Part shown: positions 19,102 through 28,571 of the stretch, piece by piece | Layout of the letters: every line of letters begins with the position of its first letter | Position numbering within the stretch: the first letter of the stretch is position 1 | Assembly (NCBI GenBank): GCA_045862955.1 | Contig: BTVI01000032.1 | Coordinates: forward strand, 1-38,688 | Length of the DNA stretch: 38,688 bases | From: Fimbriimonadales bacterium | GTDB taxonomy: Bacteria > Armatimonadota > Fimbriimonadia > Fimbriimonadales > JABRVX01 | Direction: 5' to 3' | The notes under the pieces: generated by a model | Databases searched by the model: none | Seen by the model: the letters and a program-made list of their open reading frames with translations, nothing else | What the model was told of the DNA's origin: nothing | Made by a program: the position numbers and the translations under genes

Positions 19102-21630
19102 GTGCGAAAGCTCATCCGGATGACGGTGTCGGCAGGCGCGCTGATGGTTGTGCTCTCGCTGGGCGTCTCGGCGCAGTTTACCAAGGCGGGCGTTTCGGGC
19201 CCCGTCGCCGAGCGGTCCGTTACCCTCTCGTTCTCTCCCGACGAAGTCCAATTCGGTCGGCTTCAGGATTACGAGACCGTGACCATGCGGGACCTCGAAA
19301 TCCGCGTGCGAAAGGGTGAGCCGGTGCTGCCGGTTCGCTACGTGCGAATCGCTCTTCCCATCGGCTACGAGGCCTCGGACTTGCGGGTCGAGGCAAGCAA
19401 CCCGTTCGTCATCCCCGGTAGCCATCGGATCGCTCCTGGCACCGATCCGGTTCCGTTGTCGGCCCCGCCTCAGAGACCGCGCCTCGTCGAGGGGCCCGTG
19501 TATCGGTCGAGTGCGGCCTACCCGGGCGGGTTCGGCGAGCTGATCGGCACGGGAAGCAAGTCGGGCTACCCGATTGCCGACGTGGCCGTATACCCTCTGC
19601 AATACGAGCCCCAGAGCGGCCGGCTGACCCTCTACCGCGAAGTGCGCGTATCGGTATCTGCAGTGCCGAAGCCGGTGGAGGCACTGGTCACCGTGCGCTC
19701 GGGTTGGGCCGAAGAGCTCATGCGCGATGCAGTGCAGAAAATGGTGGACAACCCCGCAGACGTCCCGTGGTCCGCAGCGTGCATGACGGGCGACGACGTA
19801 TCGGCTGCATCGGATGATACCGTCGAGTACCTGATCATCACCAGCGCCGGCCTGGCTCCCACGTTCCAGCCGCTCGCGGACTGGAAGACCAAGAAGGGAG
19901 TGAAGACCGAGGTACTCACACTCACCTGGATCTACGCGAACTACTCCGGCGAGCAGTCGGGCGACAATCAGGATCGCATCCGGCACTGCATCAAGGACTA
20001 CTGGCAAAACCGCGGTACGGTGTACGTGTTGCTCGGCGGCGATGTGAACGTGGTGCCCTATCGTGCGGCCTATGCGATGGCCGACAGCAATGGTGCCGAC
20101 CTGCCGTGCGACCTGTACTTCTCCGACCTGAACGGCACCTGGAACAACGACGGAGACGCGTTCTTCGGCGAGTATCCGAGTGATGGCATTGACATGTATG
20201 CCGACGTTTATGTGGGCCGCGCTCCCGTGGGCTCTACCACGGAGGCGCAGCGCTTCGTGAACAAGGTGCTGCAGTACGAGGCAGAGGCATCGCAGGCTCC
20301 CCTTCCAACAGACTATCAGCTAAAGGTCTTGTTCCTTGCCTCCAGGCTGGATTCGAGCACCGACAGCGCCGCGCTAAAGAACCGAATCCAGACGGAAAGC
20401 GTGCCCACCCGTTTCACTTGCACCAAGCTGTACGAAAGCTCGGGCAACTTGAACCGCACGGCGGCGCTCAACGCCATCAATACCGGCTACAACCTGATCA
20501 ACCACTCCGGCCATGGCAGCGACGACGTCATTCAGGCGGGTGCAGACTACATTAGCGGCAGTGACATGTACAATCGCACGAACGCCCCGCGGTTCAGCGG
20601 TATCATGTACTCGCTCTCCTGCTATTCTGCAAACTTCCCCACCAACGACTCTCTCGCAGAGCGCTTCGTGTTGGCCCCGAATGGCGGCGGGTTCTACATT
20701 GGAAACAGCCACTATGGGTGGTATTGGGTCGGCTACGGGGACCAAGGCTTGTCGCTAACATTCGATCGGTACTTCTGGCGCGCCATGCTCAACCCGACCT
20801 ATAACTACTATCCGCTCGGGCAGGCCCACGGTGAAGGCAAGGACCTCGGCGTGAGTGCCGCTAAGTCGAGCGCACACGATCGCTACTGCCTCTACGAGCT
20901 CAACCTTTTCGGTGATCCCGAGACGCCGCTGTGGAAGAACACCCCGCAGGCGCTGGCCGTCAGCCATCCGAGCGAACTCGTGGCAGGGACGAGCACCTTC
21001 CAAGTGACCGTAACAGCAGGAGGCTCGCCGGTAAACGCAGCTACCGTTTGTCTGTGGAAGCCATCCGAGGTTTTCCTAACTGCTACCACGAACCCCTCTG
21101 GTGTCGCTACGTTCACCCCCTCGCCGACGACGCCCGGCACCATGTACGTGACGGCAACCAAGCGCGACTACCTCCCCGCGCAGAGCCAAGCCACGGTGTC
21201 GGTCGGGAGCCTCATGGGCTTCGTAACCCTCGAGCACCTCGCGGTCTCGCCGGGTGGCAAGGTGATTACCATCGAGTTCCGGACTCCGGGAACGACGAAT
21301 GTCGTGAAGACGTACGATGCAGTCCTGCAGGGCACGGGTCGGTACGACGTTCAGTTCTGCATGTCTGGCACCTATGACCTGTCGCTAAAGTACGCCAACT
21401 GGCTGAGACAGACACTGCCATCGGTGACGGTGGGCGTTGGCACGTCCGCGGACTTCGTGCTGAAGAACGGTGACTGCGACGGCAACAATGCCGTGGACAT
21501 TCAGGACCTGAACATGGGTCTTGCCTGCTTCGGAGCATCCGGGTTGGGTGATCTGGATGGGGACGGTGTGGTAGCGCTGACCGACCTCAACATCATCCTG
21601 ATGAACTTCGGTGCGATGGGCGATCCGTAG
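19102..21630 (+). CDS. Secreted C25 (gingipain-family) cysteine peptidase with propeptide and C-terminal dockerin-like module
   Basis: Signal peptide; YLIIT, YVLLGGD, DVYVGR, NHSGHG (His), SLSCY (Cys) and NLFGDP motifs; AAGGAG RBS before GTG 19102 (ORF opens at 19084). Confidence 0.92.
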   Translation: MRKLIRMTVSAGALMVVLSLGVSAQFTKAGVSGPVAERSVTLSFSPDEVQFGRLQDYETVTMRDLEIRVRKGEPVLPVRYVRIALPIGYEASDLRVEASNPFVIPGSHRIAPGTDPVPLSAPPQRPRLVEGPVYRSSAAYPGGFGELIGTGSKSGYPIADVAVYPLQYEPQSGRLTLYREVRVSVSAVPKPVEALVTVRSGWAEELMRDAVQKMVDNPADVPWSAACMTGDDVSAASDDTVEYLIITSAGLAPTFQPLADWKTKKGVKTEVLTLTWIYANYSGEQSGDNQDRIRHCIKDYWQNRGTVYVLLGGDVNVVPYRAAYAMADSNGADLPCDLYFSDLNGTWNNDGDAFFGEYPSDGIDMYADVYVGRAPVGSTTEAQRFVNKVLQYEAEASQAPLPTDYQLKVLFLASRLDSSTDSAALKNRIQTESVPTRFTCTKLYESSGNLNRTAALNAINTGYNLINHSGHGSDDVIQAGADYISGSDMYNRTNAPRFSGIMYSLSCYSANFPTNDSLAERFVLAPNGGGFYIGNSHYGWYWVGYGDQGLSLTFDRYFWRAMLNPTYNYYPLGQAHGEGKDLGVSAAKSSAHDRYCLYELNLFGDPETPLWKNTPQALAVSHPSELVAGTSTFQVTVTAGGSPVNAATVCLWKPSEVFLTATTNPSGVATFTPSPTTPGTMYVTATKRDYLPAQSQATVSVGSLMGFVTLEHLAVSPGGKVITIEFRTPGTTNVVKTYDAVLQGTGRYDVQFCMSGTYDLSLKYANWLRQTLPSVTVGVGTSADFVLKNGDCDGNNAVDIQDLNMGLACFGASGLGDLDGDGVVALTDLNIILMNFGAMGDP

Positions 21631-21649
21631 GCCCGGTCGCTTGCGCTGG

Positions 21650-22690
21650 TCTCGAGGTGGGTGGCTGTGGTCCCCGCAGCCACCCACTGCTGTGGGCGCA
21701 TACACACCAGCTGGATATGGATGCATGCATACACACTGCTGTGCGCGCATGCAAGGCATTGTCATATCACGCTCCTACTCTCCCTTCCGTCATGCTGAGC
21801 CCGTCGTCATGCTGAGCCCGTCGTCATGCTGAGCTTGTCGAAGCATGACCCCGTACGCCGCATCCTACCGTTCCCTAGTTTCACCGTTAGGTGCGTGGCT
21901 GTGGACCTGGCAGCCACCCACTGTGGCGTTGGCATGCACACCCCCTGCTGTGGGTGCATGCATACACACTGTGGCGCCATACACGACACCGTGATATCCC
22001 GCCCCTAATCTCCCTCCCGTCATGCTGAGCCCGTCGTCATGCTGAGCCTGCCGTCATGCTGAGCCTGTCGAAGCATGACATCGTACCCCGCATCCTATCG
22101 CCCCCTGGTTTCACCGTTAGGTGCGTGGCTGTGGACCTGGCAGCCACCCAGTGTGGCGTTGGCATGCACACCCCCTGCTGTGGGTGCATACACACCAGCT
22201 GCATGTGCATGCAAGGCATTGTCATATCACGCTCCCATTCTCCCTCCCGTCATGCTGAGCCCGTCGTCATGCTGAGCCTGTCGAAGCATGACATCGGGCA
22301 CCGCATGGTGGATCCCCTAAGACGATAGGATGCGGCTAACGAGGTCATGCTTCGACGGGCTCAGCATGACGGATTTGGTATGCTCCGGCCATACAGGCTA
22401 GCTAGCGGCAGACTCTTCGTTGTCCTTCGCTGAAAGCTAGCGGGCGATAGCGTGCGGCTGGTGGTGTCATGCTTCGACAGGCTCAGCATGACGGATTAGC
22501 TCTGATTCGGAGATGCAGGCTATGCAGCGTCAAGGTCTTCGCTGTGCTTCGCTCAATGCTAGCGGGCGATAGCGTGCGGCTGGTGGTGTCATGCTTCGAC
22601 AGGCTCAGCATGACGGAGTGGGTCGGGGCTGGGGCTGTTTGCGACCATTGCGGCGTCCGATGTCATGCTTCGACAAGCTCAGCATGACGG
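21650..22690. repeat. Tandem REP-containing array 3 (230-bp and 122-bp units)
   Basis: REP stutters begin at 21789, 22019, 22249 (period 230); reverse REPs at 22344, 22466, 22588 (period 122) and 22662. Confidence 0.9.
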
Positions 22691-22706
22691 GCGGGAGCGC
22701 GGGTCG

Positions 22707-23936
22707 CTACTTCCCGTCCTTCGGGAGAATCAGACGGAAGGTGGTTCCCTGGCCGACTTCGCTCTCCGCTTCCAGGCGGCCCGAGTGCAGCTCGGCGATC
22801 TTACGGACGATAGACGTGCCGAGGCCTGTACCACCCACCTTGCTACTCTCCGCCGTGCCAGCGAGTACCCGATCGAGTACGTCTCTGGTCATGCCGCATC
22901 CAGTGTCAGCGATACTCAGTATCACCTCGGAGTCCGTCTCGTAGAGGTTCAGGGTCACTCGGCCGCCCTCGGGAGTTGCGTCCAGCGCGTTTAGTGTTAG
23001 GTTATAGATCGCACGCTCTAGCATCACCTCGTCGAACGGGACGATGATCGGACCGTTCACCTCTGCTACCAGTTCGATGTTACTCTGTCGTGCGCGGCGC
23101 TGCTGGTTCAGGAACTCGCGCGTTGCAACCAGGCTGATGTCGCCCTTATGCTTGGAAACGGCTAAGTCCTTGCCTTTCGCCAGGTCTGCTATCAGCTGAG
23201 CATACCGCTGTGTGCGCTGCGCCCCGTCTACGATGACGGAGGCGATCTCGCGCAGGGAGTGCAGTGGTTCCAGGTCCGGCTCAACCCCCAGGGTTTGCAG
23301 TGTGTTGCTGAGCGACTCCACGTCAATCATCAGTGTCATCGCGCCCATGGTGAGTGGAGCTACCTTATTCTTGATGTCGTGTGCGATGTCGCCCATCGCC
23401 TGCAGCCCCGTGGCTTTCTTTGCCTCGTCGGCGAGTTGAGAGTTTCGTATCACCATTGCAGACACGCTAGCCACGATCTCGAGTAGCAAGAGGTCCGACT
23501 CGGTGAAAGGGCCGCTGCGCTTGTTCAGCACTTGAACCACACCCACCGGCTCGGCCCCGGCGACGAGCAGCGGTACCGTGATCAGACAGCGAGTAGTTCG
23601 CTCGGTCACTTGGTCATAGCGCGAATCGTGCTCCTCGGAGCTCTCGACTTCGTTGTCTATCCGGCTCTTGCGCGCGACGAAGGTCGCTCCAGCTATGCCT
23701 TGGGTGTCGGGGAAGCTGTGGCCGCGGAGGCGCTCGTTCATCTCGGCCGGAATCACGTAGGCAAAGGTGAGCGTGCGCAAGACGGGATCGTGCATGTAGA
23801 TCGTTCCGCCTTCCGCGTCCACCAGGTCCACGCACACCTTCAGAATGCTCCGGAGCGAGCTGCCCACGCTCGGATTGGAGGACAGCACGGAGGTCATAGC
23901 ATGGATGGCCGAAACCAGGCGCTCCGCCTCACTCAT
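22707..23936 (-). CDS. GAF-domain sensor histidine kinase
   Basis: GAF (GVVQVLNK), H-box AHDIKN, N-box [15 protein letters not shown] and GTGLG; start moved to ATG 23936 to avoid overlap with purL. Confidence 0.9.
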   Translation of the reverse strand: MSEAERLVSAIHAMTSVLSSNPSVGSSLRSILKVCVDLVDAEGGTIYMHDPVLRTLTFAYVIPAEMNERLRGHSFPDTQGIAGATFVARKSRIDNEVESSEEHDSRYDQVTERTTRCLITVPLLVAGAEPVGVVQVLNKRSGPFTESDLLLLEIVASVSAMVIRNSQLADEAKKATGLQAMGDIAHDIKNKVAPLTMGAMTLMIDVESLSNTLQTLGVEPDLEPLHSLREIASVIVDGAQRTQRYAQLIADLAKGKDLAVSKHKGDISLVATREFLNQQRRARQSNIELVAEVNGPIIVPFDEVMLERAIYNLTLNALDATPEGGRVTLNLYETDSEVILSIADTGCGMTRDVLDRVLAGTAESSKVGGTGLGTSIVRKIAELHSGRLEAESEVGQGTTFRLILPKDGK

Positions 23937-24042
23937 ATCGCTGGATTCTACCGCAGCATCCTGCAACACGTTCCGCTCATTTCGCCGCGGTGACTGGGGC
24001 CGGATTGGAAAAGGGATCGCCTTGCGGGGTATGAAGTGCGCC

Positions 24043-26469
24043 ATGGGCTCCACTCCCGACCCCGCCATCACTCCCGCCGTGTACCGAGGCATGGGCCTCT
24101 CCGACAGCGAGTACGAACTGATCGTGAACAAGCTGGGCCGAGAGCCCACTTACACGGAGCTCGGCATGCTCGCCGTGATGTGGAGCGAGCACTGCGGCTA
24201 CAAGTCCTCGAGAAACGTACTTCGCCTTTTCAAGCGCTATGCCGAAGCGCTGGAAGGTGAAGGCTTCGAGAACGCCGGTATCGTGGACATCGGGGACGGG
24301 CTCGGCATCGCGATGAAGATGGAGAGCCACAATCATCCGAGCGCGGTGGAGCCGTATAACGGGGCGGCGACCGGTGTCGGCGGCATCTTGCGAGACATCT
24401 TCACCATGGGAGCGAGGCCGATCGCGAGTCTCGACTCTCTTCGATTCGGGCCGATCCGCGATGGCGATGGGACTGAGGAGGAGGTCGCTAGGAACCGCTA
24501 CCTCTTCGAACATGTGGTAGCGGGAATCGGCGGATATGGGAACTGCGTGGGGGTACCCACGGTGGCAGGAGAGGTGTTCTTCCACCCACGCTACAGCGGT
24601 AACCCATTAGTAAATGCCATGGCAGTCGGAGTCGTCCGCCTCGACCGTATCGCATCCGCGCGTGCCGAAGGCCCCGGCAATCCCGTACTATACGTCGGCA
24701 GCTCCACGGGAAAGGATGGTATCCACGGCGCGACGTTTGCCAGCGACACCCTCGGCGAGGACTCGGAAGCCAGCCGCCCGAACGTGCAGATCGGCGACCC
24801 CTTCGCCGAGAAGCTGTTGATCGAGGCCACCTTGGAGGCCCTGGAGACCGGTGCCATAGTCGGTATTCAGGACATGGGTGCTGCAGGCCTCACGTGCTCC
24901 ACGTGCGAGATGTCTGCGAAGGGTGGCGTGGGCATGGAGATCGAGATCCGCAAGGTGCCACTCCGCGACCGCAATATGACCCCCTATGAGGTGATGCTCT
25001 CGGAGAGTCAAGAGAGGATGCTAGCGGTGGTGCAGCGTGGTAGAGAGGAGGAAGTGAGGAGGGTCTTTCACAAGTGGGAGCTCGCCGCCGAGGTGATTGG
25101 CCAGGTAACAGAGGGCGGACGCGTGCGTGTTACGGATAACGGGTGTGTAGTCGCGGACATTCCTGCCAAGATGCTAACCGACGAGTGTCCGGCCTACGAC
25201 CTGGAAGCGCGCATGCCCGAGGTAGCCAAGAAGGCAGCGGAGTTCGACCCGCATAGCATTGCGGAGCCCGCCGATTACGGCAAAGCTCTTCTGGCGCTGC
25301 TCGCGAGTCCTAACATCGCGTCCAAGCGCTGGGTGTATGAGCAGTACGACTATCAGGTGCAAACGCAGACGGCGCTGATCCCTGGACGTGGAGATGCCGC
25401 GGTCATAGCGCTCCGGGATACGCAGAGAGGGATCGCTTTGTCGGTAGATGGCAACGGACGCTATTGCTTCCTGGACCCCTACGAGGGTGGTAGGCATGCG
25501 GTTGCGGAGGCGGCGCGCAACGTGGCCTGCGTCGGGGCGAGACCCCGTGCGGTGACGGACTGCCTCAACTTCGGCAATCCCAACGACCCAACGGTGTATT
25601 GGCAGTTCAAGAATGCAGTTCGCGGCATAGCCGAAGCGGCGGAGCAGTTAGGTACCCCGGTCATCAGTGGCAATGTCAGCTTCTATAATGAGAGCCCGAC
25701 GGGAGAGGTGCTGCCGACGCCTACCATCGGTATGTTAGGGGTTCTGGAAGACGCCTCGGCACGTGTCGGCATGGGTTTCCATGGTGGGAGTGGGCTGATC
25801 TTCGTGTTGTGGCGGCCTGCGGGCGCCGTCCGGCACTCGGGTATCGGCGCGAGCGAGTACCTTGCGGTATGCCATGGGATAGAAGATGGACTGCCCGTGC
25901 ACGTGGACCTAGACGCGGAGCGGGCGGTGCACGAGTTCTTGTTCCGTGCGGCCCACGAGCGGATCGTGGACAGCGCACATGACAGCTCGGACGGTGGCCT
26001 GGCCGTGGCGCTTGCCGAATGTTGCATCAGCGCAGACGTTGGCGCGTACGCTTTGGTTGCAGCCGATGGGACGCAGCATCCTACGGGACCGCTAAAGGAG
26101 GTCGCCGGGGGCCACCCGGAAGTGCGCGCGCTGATCGGTCGGGCGCTGGAGGGGGCGCACCTGCAGCACAATCCTTTCACTTGGAGTCGTTCGCCGGCTG
26201 CGCTGCTGTTCGGCGAAGTGACACCGATCGTGCTGCTGGGTGTTATGGACGATGACAGGCTGGAAGCGCGAAGGGATGCGCTGCACCGACTGGCGAAGGA
26301 GCTGCGGCTGGAGGTGCGCTGCATAGGTGCATACGATGCGCGCCTGCGCGAGATAGCGGTCCTTGGAGCGTCGGAGCCTTGGGTGCGGGTGCCGTTGGCT
26401 GCAGCGCGCGCGGCGTATGAGGGCGCCATCCCTTCGGCAATGGGCGAATCGGTAGCCACGCCGGCGTAG
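24043..26469 (+). CDS. purL: Phosphoribosylformylglycinamidine synthase subunit PurL
   Basis: [47 protein letters not shown] and SGNVSFYN motifs. Confidence 0.97.
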   Translation: MGSTPDPAITPAVYRGMGLSDSEYELIVNKLGREPTYTELGMLAVMWSEHCGYKSSRNVLRLFKRYAEALEGEGFENAGIVDIGDGLGIAMKMESHNHPSAVEPYNGAATGVGGILRDIFTMGARPIASLDSLRFGPIRDGDGTEEEVARNRYLFEHVVAGIGGYGNCVGVPTVAGEVFFHPRYSGNPLVNAMAVGVVRLDRIASARAEGPGNPVLYVGSSTGKDGIHGATFASDTLGEDSEASRPNVQIGDPFAEKLLIEATLEALETGAIVGIQDMGAAGLTCSTCEMSAKGGVGMEIEIRKVPLRDRNMTPYEVMLSESQERMLAVVQRGREEEVRRVFHKWELAAEVIGQVTEGGRVRVTDNGCVVADIPAKMLTDECPAYDLEARMPEVAKKAAEFDPHSIAEPADYGKALLALLASPNIASKRWVYEQYDYQVQTQTALIPGRGDAAVIALRDTQRGIALSVDGNGRYCFLDPYEGGRHAVAEAARNVACVGARPRAVTDCLNFGNPNDPTVYWQFKNAVRGIAEAAEQLGTPVISGNVSFYNESPTGEVLPTPTIGMLGVLEDASARVGMGFHGGSGLIFVLWRPAGAVRHSGIGASEYLAVCHGIEDGLPVHVDLDAERAVHEFLFRAAHERIVDSAHDSSDGGLAVALAECCISADVGAYALVAADGTQHPTGPLKEVAGGHPEVRALIGRALEGAHLQHNPFTWSRSPAALLFGEVTPIVLLGVMDDDRLEARRDALHRLAKELRLEVRCIGAYDARLREIAVLGASEPWVRVPLAAARAAYEGAIPSAMGESVATPA

Positions 26470-26481
26470 CGAAGTACACGG

Positions 26482-27330
26482 ATGAAGGGCTTCGCACGAG
26501 TCCTCTCGCAAGTTGCCCGCCGCTGGCGCGCGGACGCGCTCCCCCATCACGCCGCCGCTCTCGCCTTCTACACGCTGTTCGCTCTCGCACCGCTGCTCGT
26601 CGTGCTGCTGGCTGCCGTCGGGTACGTGTACGGCTTCGAGGAGACTCGAGCGCGAGTAGTGGAGGGAGTCAACCTACGTCTTGGTGAGGACGCAGGTCAG
26701 CTCGTACACCGCATGCTGTCAGGAATAGGAAGTCACAAGGGGAGCGTGGCGACCACCGCTGCGAGCCTGTTAGTCTCCCTCTTCGCCGCGTCGAACGTCT
26801 TCTACCAGGCCAAGTTCTCGATAGACACCATATGGCGCGCGGGCCGCACTCTCACCGGCGCAGCACAGCTTGCCAAGACGAGGCTGCTCTCGGCTGCACT
26901 CGTATTCTGCGCGGCTTCCCTGCTTCTCTTCTGGCTGATCCTCGATGCCACGGTCCGCTTGCTGCGCGAGTGGCTGAGCGATTGGGTCCCATCATGGTTG
27001 CTCCATCGCGGTTTCGCCGAACCGATCGTCACCTGGCTTCTTGTCGCCATCATGTTTGCCCTCCTCTATGTCACCCTGCCACCGGAGCGGGTTTCCATAC
27101 GTAATGCCTGGCCCGGTGCAGCGATCGGTGCAATCTTGGTGACTACGGGTCAGCGCTTGCTGCTATGGTACGTCGAGGTGGCGGGCGTGCAATCGGCATA
27201 CGGCGCCGCCGTCGGTCCGGTGTTAGTAATGCTCTGGGTGTATGTGTCTTCTCTCGCGTTCTTTCTCGGCGCGGAGATAGTACTAGCATCGTGCTGCCCG
27301 GATCAGCACCCACGAGAGGCGTCATGCTGA
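26482..27330 (+). CDS. YihY/virulence factor BrkB family membrane protein
   Basis: AAALAFYTLFALAP, multiple transmembrane segments, SAYGA and LWVY...FFLGAE motifs. Confidence 0.9.
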   Translation: MKGFARVLSQVARRWRADALPHHAAALAFYTLFALAPLLVVLLAAVGYVYGFEETRARVVEGVNLRLGEDAGQLVHRMLSGIGSHKGSVATTAASLLVSLFAASNVFYQAKFSIDTIWRAGRTLTGAAQLAKTRLLSAALVFCAASLLLFWLILDATVRLLREWLSDWVPSWLLHRGFAEPIVTWLLVAIMFALLYVTLPPERVSIRNAWPGAAIGAILVTTGQRLLLWYVEVAGVQSAYGAAVGPVLVMLWVYVSSLAFFLGAEIVLASCCPDQHPREASC

Positions 27331-27527
27331 GCCTGTGGAAGCATGAGGCCTGGAGTTGCGGTGATACTATCCATAGGCGATAGCGTGCGGCTTGCGGTGT
27401 CATGCTTCGACAGGCTCAGCATGACGGGTTTGGTATGGATCCGGCGATGCAGGCTAGCTGGCGGCAGGGTCTTCGTTGTGCTTCGCGGAAAGCTAGCAGG
27501 GTTGGCAGTCGCTGAAAGCTAGCGGGA
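27320..27527. repeat. REP pair plus one copy of the 122-bp unit
   Basis: Degenerate REP at 27320, reverse REP at 27399; flanks match the 22344-22614 units. Confidence 0.85.
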
Positions 27528-27680
27528 CCTACCATTCAGGGCTGGCCGGGCACGATAGGACTGAGAAGCCGATCCGTGGATCGCGGCATCCGACATGGCT
27601 GCCGGCAGAGCATTCAACAGTCGTTCGGGGTGACAGAGCCGTAGTAGGTACCCGATGCGATGGTGAGCATAGCGAAACCT

Positions 27681-27831
27681 CTCCTTCCCGCATAGGCGAG
27701 GGGAAGCTCATGGGCCTGCCGCTAGCAGATATCATGCTTGGCTCCTTCCCGCATACGCGAGGGGAAGCTGTTCGAGTGACATGGAACGCGCAGCCGACGC
27801 ACCTCCTCCCCGCATACGCGAGGAGAAGCCG
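27681..27831 (+). CRISPR. Orphan type I-E-like CRISPR mini-array (3 repeats, 2 spacers)
   Basis: 29-nt repeats CTCCTYCCCGCATASGCGAGGRGAAGCYS at 27681, 27742, 27803; exact 61-nt period; two unrelated 32-nt spacers. Confidence 0.7.
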
Positions 27832-27986
27832 TCGCCGCACTACGAGAGAGCGAATCTAGCAAGGGATCGTATCCTGTGAGTGGTCTCGGGTTCGAGACAG
27901 ACGTGGTAGGTTGCGGACGCACAAAGGACGAGGCGCCCGGCTGGGTGCCGGGCGCCGAGCCCAAGACGCCGCGCATCGAGGTGCGA

Positions 27987-28490
27987 TCACCGGATCGGAG
28001 CTCGGCCGAACGGGCAGATCCCCGTCCCGCGGCCGTAACCCATGCCTGGTCCGAAGCCGCCCTGTCCGCGGCCTGCTCCCATGCCGAACCCGCCGCGATT
28101 GCGACCACGCGGCATGGTCTGCATCAGCTCCTGCTTCACCTGGAGCGAGTTGAGCTGCAGCTCGTGCAGGTCGCTTCGGAGAGCATCCAGCTTGGCCTGC
28201 AGCACTTCTCGCTGCGCCGGGTCGGTCGTTCCCGCGAGCTCGAACTGCACGCTGCGGATCTCGTTGTGCAGCCGTACGACCTCGTCCAGGAACGCTTGCT
28301 GCTCCGGGGTGCTGGGTGTCACTCGGGTCCACCAACCGCCCGCGTTAGGGTTCGGAGTGGTGTATCCATAGGGGCACACCCAGCCTCGCTGAGCTCCTCC
28401 GTTTCCGCTACCTTGGCCCTGCCCCACGGCTGCGAGCCCCAGTCCAACCGCCACTACCACTGCCAGGCCGATCACCACATACCGTTTCAT
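27987..28490 (-). CDS. Periplasmic ZraP/Spy/CpxP-like protein with Gly/Cys-rich ends
   Basis: Signal peptide; TPEQQ (LTxxQ-like) then helical hairpin; GWVCPYG and GICPFG motifs; AGGAGG RBS. Confidence 0.65.
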   Translation of the reverse strand: MKRYVVIGLAVVVAVGLGLAAVGQGQGSGNGGAQRGWVCPYGYTTPNPNAGGWWTRVTPSTPEQQAFLDEVVRLHNEIRSVQFELAGTTDPAQREVLQAKLDALRSDLHELQLNSLQVKQELMQTMPRGRNRGGFGMGAGRGQGGFGPGMGYGRGTGICPFGRAPIR

Positions 28491-28533
28491 TTCGTTGCCT
28501 CCTCTTGCGCTTGCGTTTTGCGCGTTCACCCAT

Positions 28534-28562
28534 ACGGACGATGGTGAGCGGATTCGATTCCC
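28534..28562 (-). promoter_or_regulatory. ECF-type promoter GGGAATCG...TCGTCCGT (copy 2)
   Basis: Same -35/-10 motif as the one upstream of the ECF gene at 30611-30640. Confidence 0.6.
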
Positions 28563-28571
28563 TGGTGGGGA

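Noticed and set aside
23845..24149. Apparent head-to-head overlap of purL and the GAF kinase ORFs
   Set aside because: Disappears when starts are placed at 24043 and 23936.
27555..27645. GAGAAGCCG and CAGAGCCG upstream of the mini-array as possible extra degenerate repeats
   Set aside because: Out of the 61-nt register and lacking the CCCGC stem.
27710..27802. Spacer similarity to REP modules (TCATGCTT, CATGGAA, GCAGCCGA) suggesting self-targeting
   Set aside because: Only 7-8-nt matches, expected by chance.
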